64,000 nucleotides of DNA from an uncultured Microthrixaceae bacterium (lineage in GTDB: Bacteria > Actinomycetota > Acidimicrobiia > Acidimicrobiales > VFJN01). This document shows positions 9,414 to 19,539 of the stretch, one piece after another (positions within the stretch are counted from its first letter, which is position 1; every line of letters begins with the position of its first letter). The DNA lies in contig CAVRKU010000030.1 in assembly GCA_963721695.1 (NCBI GenBank), positions 192,762 through 256,761 on the forward strand. The letters are read 5' to 3'. A model generated the notes under the pieces. It had not been told where the DNA came from. It saw nothing but the letters and a program-made list of their open reading frames with translations, and ran no database searches. Made by a program: the position numbers and the translations under genes.

Positions 9414-11650
9414 TCAGCGGTGGGCGTCGCCGAGCCAGGGGTCGCGCTTGAGCTCGGGTTGGCAGGCGCGCAACGGATGACGCTTCGGGTCGAGCCACAC
9501 GTCGGTGTCCCAGGGCTCGAAGGCGTTGGACACGTTGCCGAGGCCCGTCGCCGCCAGCTCGGGGAGGTGGCGGAGGATGACCGTCTTGAGGCTGGCGTCG
9601 TCGACCCACTGCATGCCCTCCTCCGTGTACACCTCCGGGCGGTAGTCGTCGGTGTAGAAGCGGTCGGCCTGGAGGCGACGGCTGGCGTTGAGGATGAAGA
9701 TCTGGAACATCGTCTCGCCGAAGCCGAAGTTGGTCGGGCGCTGGGTCTCCGCGAGGGTCCCGATCAGGAGGTCGAGGTTCTCGACGTTGTCGCCGTAGAC
9801 CTCGGCCAGGGTGGCCACCGTGCCCTTGTCGTCGGTGAGATCGGCGAACGAGCGGATCGGGTTCAGGCCGAGCTGGCGACGGAACTCGTTGTAGCGGGGC
9901 ACGCCGCGCTCCCGGGCCCGCACGAGGTCGACTGCCCCCATGTCGAAGACCGGGTTGCCGGGGATGCTCAGCTCCTGCATGAACCGCGGGTAGTTGTTGA
10001 GCACGAGCTGGCCGGGGTGCTGGTTGCCGAACGAGAAGAAGAGGTCGGTCATCCCCACCTGGGCGGTGACCTTCGGCGAGCCGGCCTGCCGGCTGGCGAC
10101 GAACGGCAGGTCCTCGATGGCGGCGCCGGTGTCGTGGCGGCGCAGGTGGAGCTCCTCTGGAAGGAGCGAGTGCAGCCGGTAGACCTCGACGAACTCCTCG
10201 GCCAGCCCGAAGGGCTTGCCGTGCTTGTTGATGTGGTTGCCCACCAGCCCGCCGAGCTCCGGGTTGGCGACGTTGAACTCGGCGACCGTCTTGCGGCGCC
10301 CCGGCTTGCGGAACTTGTACGTGAGCATGCCGTACCAGTTGGCGTTGAGCCCGAGCGCCAGGCCGGGGTTCGGGAGGATCGCCGGCGTCCACTCGATGGA
10401 GTGGATCTTCGCCATGACCGCGGCGTTGACGAGGCGGGCGACGTTGAAGAGCCGGTTGTCGTCCCAGTCCGGGTAGGAGCGCTTCAGGTGATCGCAGATG
10501 GCGTTGTGCTCGCGGGCGAAGAGCGTGTGCAGCATCGCGACGCCGACCCACCAGTTGCGGGTCATCCCGCTGTCCTCGACACCGTTCGTCGCCCGAGCGG
10601 GAGGGTGCCGTCGTCGGTGAGGCGGAGGTGGCCGTCGACGCCGCTCCGCAGGCGGTCCTGGGTGGCCTGGTCGCTGCCGTAGAGCTGCGAGCCGTCCCAC
10701 CAGTGGGTGACCTCGTTGATGTGGGTCACGGGCGTCGGCTCGCCGACCTCTCGACGGGTCGGGTCGGGCTGGGTCCGGCCGATGAACATCCGCTCCTGAC
10801 CGAAGCGCAGCCGGGCGGGATCGTCCTCCTCGAGGGGGATCTCGATGACCTCCTCCTGGAGCATCTCGCCGTGGGTGATCCAGTCGCTGTTCTGGAACTG
10901 GATCCACGACGCCGCGAGGAGGTTCAGGAACGGGACCTCCTGCATGGTCTCGCCCCGGGTGAGCAGCTTCCGGCTGATCAGGCGCGGGTCCGGTGTCAGC
11001 ACCTCCTCGTCGGTCGGACGCCGGATGGCGGAGCTGGCGACGTTGCGCGGGAAGCGGGTGCCGGCCGCACCTTCCTTCGGGTTGGCCAGGTTGTTCCACG
11101 AGCCATCGGCGGTGCGGAAGTGGGTCACGCCCTCCGGCGGCGTGAGGCCCGACGGTGCGAAGCCGACGTTGACGTCCGGGGGATAGGTCGACTTGAGGTT
11201 GTGGCGATCGAGGTGCTCCCGCATGTACGCGAGCGTGAGGATGCCGGGGTAGAGCGGCTTGCGGTACCAGCTCGTCCACACGCGACCTCGGTAGCTCCGG
11301 CCCACGACGTGCATGAGCGACTCGAACACCGTGCCGCCGAGGTTCCCGACCGCGTGCCCGACCCAGTAGCGGAGCTGGCGCCAATGGGGATCGCCGGGGA
11401 GGTTCCGCGGGCTGGGGAGCGTTGGCTGCGGTGGTGGCGCCAGCAGCTCGTCGGCGTCGAAGAAGCGCAGCTCGGGGACGAACACGTCGACCTCGGCGGT
11501 GGCGTTGGCCGAGGCCTTGGCGAGGAGATCGGTCAAGTCCGGGTTGCCAGGGTCGAGGGCCAGCGCGCGCTCGAAGTGCTCCGCGGCCTCCGCGTAGCGC
11601 TCCTCGCGGAAGAGGGACAGCGCGAGGTCGGCTTCACTCGTGCCTGGCAT
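9414..11650 (-). pseudogene. animal-type heme peroxidase / cyclooxygenase-like dioxygenase family protein, one frame break near 10593
   Basis: The N-terminal part lies in ORF 10562-11668 (FRTADGSWNNL, FLNLLAASWIQFQNSDW, THWWDGSQLYG). The C-terminal part lies in ORF 9414-11384 (NWWVGVAMLHTLFAREHNAICD, IHSIEWTPAIL, VRARERGVPRYNEFRR, FGFGETMFQIF). The two segments join at ...DDGTLPLG / ATNGVEDSG with a net -1 shift. Confidence 0.85.
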
Positions 11651-11694
11651 CGGCGGCGAACGTAGCACCGGGTCTGGGAACTACCGTCGGCGCG

Positions 11695-13209
11695 GTGATC
11701 GGGTTCTTCTGGCGAGTGCGCCGCGCGTTCTGGAACGGCCTCGCCGTCCTCAAGTTCCGGGGCCAGAAGCCGGAGGTGATCCCGCCCGGCGGCGCGGATG
11801 CTCGCCCCGTCCGTCTCGTCCCCTTCGTCACCCGGTACCCGGACATCCCTCTCGATGGCACCGTGGTCGCCGACCGCATCCCCACTGACGAGGCCGACAC
11901 CCCGAAGCGGCTGTTCACCCGCCTGCAGCACAAGCTCGTGCGCTGGTTCTCGCCCATGCAGGACGGCGTGCCACCGATCGCGCCGGACGCGGTCGAAGGC
12001 GCTGATGCACGCCTACACGCCGGCCCACCGGGCGTGCTTCCCCACACCCGAGCGGACGCCGGGGCACGACCTCGGCGCCATGGCCGTGGCCAGCCCCTAC
12101 GCCAGCTACCTCCAGGCCACCGGGGAGGGGGCGTACCGGTGGGACCTGCAGGTCCTGAACGGGTTCGAGTGCCACCCGGGGCTGGTCGAGCTGGGGGCCG
12201 TGGTCGACTTCCGCCTCGACGCCGCGACGAGCGCGCTCGCACCCGTGCGCATCGAGACGGCCCTGGGGGTCGAGAAGCCGGACTCGGCCGGGTGGGAGGC
12301 CGCGGCGCGGATGGCGATGTGCTCGATCACGTCGCACGCGTCGATGGTCCGCCACTTCAACTGGCTGCACCTCACCGGCGGACCGGTGTTCGAGGCCGTC
12401 ACCCGCAACCACCTCCCGGCCGACCACCCGGTGCGTCGCCTGGTGTGGGCCCACGTGTTCGGCACGCACGGTGGCAACGACCTCGTCACCGAGATCCTCA
12501 TGTCGGAGGGCGGCGAGTTCGACGCGATCTTCAGCCTCACGCACCGCGGGAAGTGCCAGCTCTTCGAAGCGACCGCGGGCGACTTCGACCTGGCCGCCAT
12601 CAACCCGTTGACCGACCTGGTGCGTCGCGGCCTCGCCGGCAGCGGCGTGCCCACCCCGGCTCACGAGAACTGGAGCGGCCTCTACGGCGTGTTCCTCGAC
12701 CACGCCCATCGGTACCTCGGGCTGTACTACGCGTCCGACGACGACCTCGCGAACGACCAGGCGCTCGGCGCATGGATCGACGACCTCGACGCCCGGCTGC
12801 CGCACGGGGTGCGGACCGTCCTGGGCCCGGCCACGACGCTCGACGGGGTGGCCTCGCTCGCTGGCGACGATCGTCTACCTGGCCACCGTCGAGCACGAGA
12901 TCACCGGCAGTGGGCTCTGGGACTACCAGCTGTGGAGCGACACCTCGCCGGTGCGCGTGTACGAGGACGGCCGCCGTCTCCCGGTCGGACGTGTACCAGC
13001 GGCTGGTGAACGCCAACTTCAACCTGAACGTGCCCCGCACGATGCTCCTCGACGACGCGATGCCCGGCCTGGCCGTCGACCCCGCCGGCGCGTGGGCGTT
13101 CCAGGAGCTCCAGCAGGACCTCCTGGGGTTCCAGGCCAAGCTCGACACCACCGCGCCGGCGCCGTGGCGCATGGAGCCTCGGCGCCTCAAGGCCAACATC
13201 AACGCGTAG
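11695..13209 (+). pseudogene. lipoxygenase-like non-heme iron protein (catalytic-domain-only size), three frame breaks; start tentative
   Basis: Four co-linear segments are present. Breaks lie near 11997, 12868 and 12986, and all are +1. LOX-like motifs are HFNWLH (H-x4-H), RNHLPADHPVRRLVWAHVFGT (compare HP-x3-LL-x-PH), TVEHEITGSGLWDY (compare HAAVNFGQYDY), and the C-terminal ...RLKANINA. Confidence 0.55.
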
Positions 13210-14827
13210 CGATCGCCCCGAGGTCGGCGAGGAAGCGCAGCGTGCTGATCGACGGACAGAAGAGGTAGGCCGCGCCGACGGTGGTGGTGAACCGGGGGAA
13301 GCCGGTGAGGACGACGGGGTCGCCGCCGTCGATCGGGATCTCGAACCGGCTCGTCTCCGGGCGGTTGGCGCCGATGATCGGGTCGTTCGTGCCGGTGACG
13401 CGCGGATCCTGCAGCCCGAGGTTCGCCCAGTCGTACATGATCGCCTCGTACTGGGCGATCAGGCTGGCGCACATGAAGCTCCCGAGCAGCCCTCGACGCT
13501 CGCCGTCGTGCGGGTGGGCGGGGTCGTAGGGGGGCCCGTACGGCATGCCCCGCCGCACGATCGGCCGGGTGAAGCTGGCGCTGCGCTGCACGATCTGGCT
13601 GCCCCGGGGGTTCGTGCGCCGGATGTGGGCGCCGAGGGGGCAGTGGGTGCCGTCGAAGTCGTCGAGGTCCGCCACCTCGTCGATGTAGTCGAAGTCGTTC
13701 AGGTAGGCCGGGTCCAAGGGGTCGGGCAGGCCCGGACCGAGGAACCGGTCCCGGCCGGGGTGACCCGGCGTCCAGTGGGACAGCGAGAGCGGCTCGCCGT
13801 TGCGCCACCGGCCCATGAGCTTGGCGGCCACCCGCTCCTTGTCCCACACCGGCTCGCCGGGCGCTGGCGCCGCGCCCCTGCGTCGACGGGCGAGCTCCGC
13901 GTTGATCTGCTCGGCGCTGGTCTCGAGGAACTCCTCGAAGGCGTGCACGTCCTGCTCGAGCACCCGAAAGGCGTTGAAGCAGCCGTTCACCCCGAGCTCG
14001 ACGGTCCGGTGCCCGAGGTCCGCCTCCGGCATCTGCCAGCTGACCCCGGGGAACGTGGTGCGGTAGTGCTCGCCCGCGGTCGCCGGGCCGCCGCCCTCGT
14101 CGACGCGGCCGAGGAGGACGGCGCCGACCGTGGCGATCGGCTGGGCGTCCATCCGGCCGACGTAGTCGCCGTTCACGACGAAGCGGGGCTGCGAGATGCT
14201 GTCGCGGTAGCCGAAGTGGACGGTGTCCCGGTCGTTCGGGTCCGCCGTGTAGGTGTCGAGGGTGGCGCCGTCGAGCCGCGCGGTGATCGAGAAGGCGCCG
14301 GACGCTCGCCACGCCGCCTCGATGCGTCCGGCGGCCGCTTCCAGCTGGGCCGTGTCGTCGCGTGCGTAGATCGTCCACATCAGGTGGACCGCATCGGGAT
14401 CGCCGAGGCCGTCCCGCCAGTGCTCCGGCGCGCTCGCATCGATGTCGCCCACCTTCGGGGCTCGGCGGGCGGCTCCTTCGCGGAACTCCTCGGGGAAGGT
14501 GGCGAGCCACTCGTCGCGCAGGCCCAGCGCCCGGAGACCGGTGGCGGTCACGCCCACGTTGAGGCACGTCGGCGGCTTCCCGTCGTCCCACGACTCGGCG
14601 GTGGTGAGCGACGGCAGACCATCCGCCCCGGTGAGGACCGCGCCGATGAACGCGCGGGCGGCGGCGGCATCCTCGACCCGCACCACCAGGTGCCGGACGT
14701 GGCGCATGTTGTAGCCCCGGAGGATGTTCCCCTGGATGTCGGCGAGGATCGAGCCGTCGGGGTCGTCGATGCCGATGCCCGCGGGCAGGACGGAGGGCTC
14801 GGTGGCCGGCTGGCCCATCGACTCCAT
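13199..14827 (-). CDS. DyP-type (dye-decolorizing) heme peroxidase, intact
   Basis: Motifs are DIQGNILRGY, VHFGYRDSISQP and CPLGAHIRRTNPR (proximal His region). The protein is about 542 aa from the ATG at 14827. Confidence 0.9.
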   Translation of the reverse strand: MESMGQPATEPSVLPAGIGIDDPDGSILADIQGNILRGYNMRHVRHLVVRVEDAAAARAFIGAVLTGADGLPSLTTAESWDDGKPPTCLNVGVTATGLRALGLRDEWLATFPEEFREGAARRAPKVGDIDASAPEHWRDGLGDPDAVHLMWTIYARDDTAQLEAAAGRIEAAWRASGAFSITARLDGATLDTYTADPNDRDTVHFGYRDSISQPRFVVNGDYVGRMDAQPIATVGAVLLGRVDEGGGPATAGEHYRTTFPGVSWQMPEADLGHRTVELGVNGCFNAFRVLEQDVHAFEEFLETSAEQINAELARRRRGAAPAPGEPVWDKERVAAKLMGRWRNGEPLSLSHWTPGHPGRDRFLGPGLPDPLDPAYLNDFDYIDEVADLDDFDGTHCPLGAHIRRTNPRGSQIVQRSASFTRPIVRRGMPYGPPYDPAHPHDGERRGLLGSFMCASLIAQYEAIMYDWANLGLQDPRVTGTNDPIIGANRPETSRFEIPIDGGDPVVLTGFPRFTTTVGAAYLFCPSISTLRFLADLGAIATR

Positions 14828-14832
14828 CGCGC

Positions 14833-15486
14833 TCACCAACCGATCTTGAACTTGTCGCGGATCTGCGCCACCGAGAAGCCGGGGTAGGCGCGGTACGCGA
14901 AGAGCTGGACGTTGCGGGGAGGGTCGGATCGCCGGCACTCGTCGAGGAGCAGGACGAGCCGCCGGGTGACCTTCACCGGGTCGCGGTCGTCGGCGGGGCC
15001 GAGCTGGAGCACGGTGTCGGGGAACACCACCTGCAGGGCGTCCCGCTCCATCACCCAGTCGATGAACTCGTCGGGGTGCTCCTCGACGGGCAGGGGCGGC
15101 GGGTCCTTCACGTGCGAGAGCAAGCCGTCGAACGCGGCGCCGACGTTGTAGATGAAGTCGCGGATGTAGTTCGAGAAGTCGCCGTCGTAGAAGCTGAACA
15201 TGCACAGGTTGCCGTCGACGATGGTGAAGCGGCCGAAGTGCACCAGCTGCGTGTTGTCGAGTCCGGCGATCACCTCCTCGACGGCCCCGCCGAGCGTCTG
15301 GATCAGGCGGGCGTGGCCGAGGGGCGAGTTGTCGGCCAGCGGCATCACCAGGTTCATGGGCACCTGGACGTTGTCCGACGGGTTCGGCGAGAACGGGCGC
15401 GACGGGAGCACCGGCGGGTCCTTCCGACGCCAGATGGCGGTGAGCATCCTGACCAGCAGGCGCTCGCCCATGTCTGTGATCGACAT
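14833..15486 (-). CDS. hypothetical protein tightly coupled to the DyP gene
   Basis: This 217-aa ORF has normal amino-acid composition. Its stop lies 5 nt before the DyP ATG. It contains the motif LVHFGRFTIVDGNLCMFSFYDGDFSNYIRDF. I do not recognise the family. Confidence 0.6.
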   Translation of the reverse strand: MSITDMGERLLVRMLTAIWRRKDPPVLPSRPFSPNPSDNVQVPMNLVMPLADNSPLGHARLIQTLGGAVEEVIAGLDNTQLVHFGRFTIVDGNLCMFSFYDGDFSNYIRDFIYNVGAAFDGLLSHVKDPPPLPVEEHPDEFIDWVMERDALQVVFPDTVLQLGPADDRDPVKVTRRLVLLLDECRRSDPPRNVQLFAYRAYPGFSVAQIRDKFKIGW

Positions 15487-15566
15487 CGCGACCCCTTCGC
15501 CCTCGAGCCTGTCCGGCGGCGAACCGTAGCCCGCTCGACCCGCCCGCGGATTCGGTACCGTGCCGC

Positions 15567-16755
15567 ATGGCTGACGACGTCTCGCCCCGGCTGATCGACC
15601 AGATCATCGACGGGATGGCGGTCGACTTCCCCGACCACCAGCCGGGCACCCGCCCGATCCACACCAAGGGGATCGCGGTGGCCGGCCAGTTCCGGGCCAC
15701 GCGCGATGCCAAGGAGTACTGCGTCGCTCCGCAGTTCGACGGGAGCTGGACTCCGGCCATCGTGCGGTTCTCGAACGGCAACGGCCAGCCGGACCCCGAC
15801 GGACGCCTCCAGCCGCGCGGGATGGCCGTGAAGCTGTACCCCGGCGGCACCCGATCGCCGGGTCCGGGCACGGAGCACCAGGATCAGGCCACCGTCGCCG
15901 GGTCGCGGGTGGAGGAGCAGCCGATCGTGCCGGCGACGCCGGGGGGACAGGTCCAGGAGACCGACCTCATCTGCATGTCGGTGCCGGTCTTCATGGCGCA
16001 GAGTGCCGAGGGCGTCCTCGAGTTCGAGAAGGCGTACGTGCCCCGCAAGGTGCGGCCGCCCAGCCTTCCTCAAGCGCCTCGGCGCCCTCGCCCGCATGAG
16101 CCCGCTCCCGCCTCAGGAGGCGGGGGTCTCGATGTCGGGGAACGAGGGCTTCCTCGAGTGGGCAAGGGGCTTCGAGCCGGCCCAGGGGTTCCTGCTCGAG
16201 CTCTCGCTCGAGCGGCTGCCGGCGAGCTACGCGCGCACCGTGTACAACGCGGTGCACGCCTTCGAGGTCGAGGGCGCGGACGGCACCCGTCGCATGGTGC
16301 GGTTCACGTTCGAGCCGTCCGACGGCGTCCGCAACGAAGGACCGCCCGAGGCCGCCCAGTCACCGATCGCCTCGTTCCTCAAGCCCCACCCGGTCAACGA
16401 GTACGGACAGACGCTCCCTCCCGACTACCTCCAAGATGAGCTCCGCCAGCGCATCAGCTACGCCCCGAGCCGCTTCAACCTCCGCATGCAGATCGCCGAT
16501 CCCTGGGACGACACCGCTGATCCCACCAAGGCATGGCCCACCACCCGGCGGCGCGTCCTCATGGGCACCCTCTTCCTGTCCCACGTGCTCACCGACCAGG
16601 TGGGCGGTTGCGAGGAGCTGAGCTTCAACCCCGGTCGGCTCCTGCCGGGGATGGCGCCGTCCGACGATCCGGTCCTGCGCCAGCGAGTGGCGGTGTACGA
16701 GGAGTCGTACCGGCGGCGGATGGAGGCGCGACGTCAGGGCTGCCCGGTCAGCTGA
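15567..16755 (+). pseudogene. small catalase-related hemoprotein (catalase-like peroxidase family), one frame break near 16055
   Basis: The N-terminal segment reads RPIHTKGIAVAGQFRA...VRFSNGNG...RGMAVKL. The C-terminal segment (ORF 16003 frame) reads YNAVHAFEVEG...RMVRFTFEP...LSFNPGRLLPGMAPSDDPVLRQRVAVYEESYRRR. The break is net +1. Confidence 0.8.
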
Positions 16756-19401
16756 CGCCGGGCCAGCGCGATCTCGCCGCGGACGTACTCCATCGCCCCG
16801 TCGAACTCCATCGCCGCCCCGGTGGCGGCCCGGCGTTCGAAGGCATCGGCGCCGAGCACGTTGCGGAGGTGCTCCACCACCTCGGGCAGGTTCGCGATCA
16901 TGCTGACGCCGTGGCGGGTGCTGGTGCCGTAGATCGTCGCGGCGATCTCGGGCCGGTCGATCTGGCTGAACAGCACCGCCACCTGGGCGAGGGTGGTGGC
17001 GACGCTGCCGTGGTTGCCGGCTCGGTGGTAGGACGCCACGGCCGAGTCGAACAGCTCGAGGGCTTGCCCCGGGTCGCCGAGGACCGCTTCGAGGGCGGCG
17101 ATCTCCCGCAGGGTGTTGGCCTCGAAGAACGGGAGACGGTGCTCCCTCGTGTAGTCGAGGACCTCGTCCATGGCGTCCATGGCCAGGCCCGGGTCCTTGT
17201 CGGCGTAGGCCCGCGCGTAGGCCTCCAGCGCGAACGCGATCCAGAACGGGTTCTGCCGGGCGCGGGCGGCGGCCACCGCGTCGTCGGCCACCGCGCGGGC
17301 CTCCTCCGATCGCCCGACTCCCGGCAGCACCGCGGTCGAGAAGATGAGACCGATGAGGTGGGCCAGCCCCTCCTGGGCCATGAGGACGTCGCAGATCTCG
17401 AGCCACCGGTCGAGACGCCCGGCGTAGCGATGCCCGATGGCCTCCCACGCCAGGCTCCAGCCCGCCTCGAAGGAGTCGTACCGGGGATCCGCCTTCGAGG
17501 GCCGCCGCCGCCCGGGCGTAGCCGACGGCTTCGTCGGGCCGCCCCGTGAGCGCGCACACGCTGGCCGCCAGGTACACGCGGGGGAGGGCGGTGAGGTCGG
17601 CCTCGGTGGCCGCGGGCAGGAGCTCGACCGCCCAGCCGACGGGCTCGAAGCGCTGGAGCACCATGGCGACGAGCGTGGTGTGGGCCGCGATCGACGCCGC
17701 CGCCGACAGGTCGTCGTGGTCGGTGGCCCATCGGAAGGCCGCCCGCAGGTCAGCGAACTCCCGCTCCACCCAGTCGAGGGCGACGCGCTGCTCGGGGCCG
17801 TTCCACCGCTCCCACGCGGCGGCGGCCTCGGCGGCGAAGTACGACGCGTGCAGGTGCCGCACCTCGTCGGTGATGCCCTGCCGGTCGAGCTGGTCCTCGC
17901 CGAAGTGACGGATCGTCTCGAGCAGGCCGTACCGGGTCTGCCCCGAGACCGGCTCCGCGGTGATCAGGGACTTGCGCACCAACGAGTCGAGCAGGTCGAG
18001 CACGGCGAGCCGATCCATCCGAGGGTCCGCACAGATGTGCACCGCGGCGGCCACCCCGAACCCGCCGGCGAACACCGCGCACCGGTCGAGCAGGTTCCGC
18101 TCGTCGGCCGCGAGCAGGTCGTAGGACCACGACACCGCCGCGAGCAGGGTCTGATGGTGCTGCGGGCCCCGTCCGGTGCCCGAGAGGAGTCGGAAGCGAT
18201 CACCGAGGTGGTCGAGCACCTCCTGGGCGCTCATCGACACCATGCGGGCGGCGGCCAGCTCGATGGCGAGGGCGATCCCATCGAGGCGCTGGCAGATCTC
18301 GGTCACCGCCGCGGCCTCGTCGGGAGCGTCGAGCGAGAACCGGGGTTGCACGGCCTGCGCTCGTTGGAGGAACAGCTCGACCGCGGGCGCGTCGAGCCCG
18401 GCTCGTGCGTCGAGGGGCGGAACGGGCCACCGGTGCTCCGCCGCGAGGCCCAGGCCCTCGCGGCTGGTGGCCAGGACCCGGACGGTGGTGGCCTGGCTCA
18501 GGATCGCGTCGACGAGGTCCGCGGCCGCGGACAGGACGTGCTCGCAGTTGTCGACCACGACGAGCAGCCGGCGGCCCGAGAGGGCCTCGACGATGCTCTC
18601 GGTCACCGTCCCGCCTGGTCCGGCCGTGACCCCGAGGACCGTCGCCATGGCGTCGGGCACGGCCGCGGGATCGCTGATCGTCGCCAGCTCGACCACCCAG
18701 ACGCCGTCGGTGAACTCGTGGGTCAGCTCGGCGGCGACCTGCACCGAGAGCCGGGTCTTGCCGACCCCGCCCGCACCGGTGAGCGTCACGAGCCGGTGGG
18801 CCTTGACGAGCTCGCCGACCTCCTTCACCTCCACCTCACGGCCGACGAAGCTCGTGACCTGCACCGGCAGGTTCCCGGGGGTGGCGTCCAGCGTCCGCAG
18901 CGCCGGGAACGTGGTCTCGAGGCCGTCCGCCCGCACCTGGTAGAGGCGGACCGACGCCGCCAGGTCCCGCAGCCGGTGCTCGCCCAGATCGACCAGGTCG
19001 ACCCCGGTGACCAGCGCGGCCGCTGAGTCGCTCACGACGATCTGGCCGCCGTGCCCGGTGCCCATCACCCGGGCGGCGCGGTTCAGGGCCGGCCCGAAGT
19101 AGTCGTCGTCACGCTGCTGCACCTCGCCGCTGGCGACCCCCATCCGCACCGGGAGCTCGAGCCGTCGCTGCGCCGCCACGGCGGCCTCGATCGCATCGCG
19201 AGCCGAGTCGAACACGGCGCACACCCCGTCGCCGGTGTGCTTGAACACCTCGCCCCCGTGGGCTTGGACGACCGATCGCATCAGGTCGTCGTGCACTGCG
19301 AGCGCCGCTCGCATCCCGTCCGCGTCGGACTCCCACATCCGGGTGGAACCCTGGATGTCGGTGAAGAGGAAGGTCACCGTCCGCACAGGCCGATCAGCCA
19401 T
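16734..19401 (-). pseudogene. class III adenylate/guanylate cyclase - P-loop NTPase (STAND-like) - TPR signalling protein, one frame break near 17488
   Basis: The cyclase domain reads TFLFTDIQGSTRMWE...GDGVCAVF...NRAARVM. The P-loop is GAGGVGKTRL, and DNCEHV follows. The TPR-like C-terminus continues in ORF 16734-17381 after ...AAAALE / ADPRYDSFEAGW, a net +1 break. Confidence 0.85.
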
Positions 19402-19539
19402 GCGTCAGGTTCGCACACCTGGTCAGGAGGGCCGGGCTTCGAGCCACTTCTGGGCGGCGGCCCGGCCGTTCTCGAAGAGGTGATCCTGGGCCTCTCGGGT
19501 GATGGAGAAGTCGGTCGCCTTGTAGCCGGTGCGTGCGGC

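Noticed and set aside
8867-9451. A 194-aa plus-strand ORF starting inside the tRNA-Leu and running antisense to the GNAT gene
   Set aside because: It overlaps a well-folded tRNA and lies opposite a motif-bearing GNAT ORF. Its composition is Arg/Pro/Gly-rich.
9165-11665. Plus-strand ORFs 9165-10682 (505 aa) and 10628-11665 (345 aa) opposite the heme peroxidase
   Set aside because: They have low-complexity, Val/Glu/Arg/Gly-rich composition and are antisense to a gene with clear family motifs. I recognise no domains.
12600-14591. A 663-aa minus-strand ORF, plus the 13508-14887 plus-strand ORF, overlapping the LOX-like and DyP genes
   Set aside because: Their composition is Arg/Pro-rich noise. 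The DyP and LOX-like frames explain the region.
15840-15960. An extra segment of about 35 aa (GGTRSPGPGTEHQDQATVAGSRVEEQPIVPATPGGQVQE) in the catalase-related protein, suspected to hide a pair of compensating frameshifts
   Set aside because: Translating the other two frames over this stretch gave nothing more catalase-like. I cannot distinguish a genuine insertion from errors, so I make no claim.
8835-16755. The possibility that the oxygenase cluster is a genomic island integrated at tRNA-Leu
   Set aside because: I saw no integrase, recombinase or transposase gene and no direct repeat of the tRNA 3-prime end by eye. GC content and codon style look the same as in the flanks. The island idea is therefore unsupported, although the cluster does begin right after the tRNA.
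17437-19026. A 529-aa plus-strand ORF opposite the cyclase-STAND gene, and similar ORFs at 16533-17549 and 18176-18943
   Set aside because: These are shadow ORFs with no motifs, and the opposite strand carries clear cyclase and P-loop motifs.
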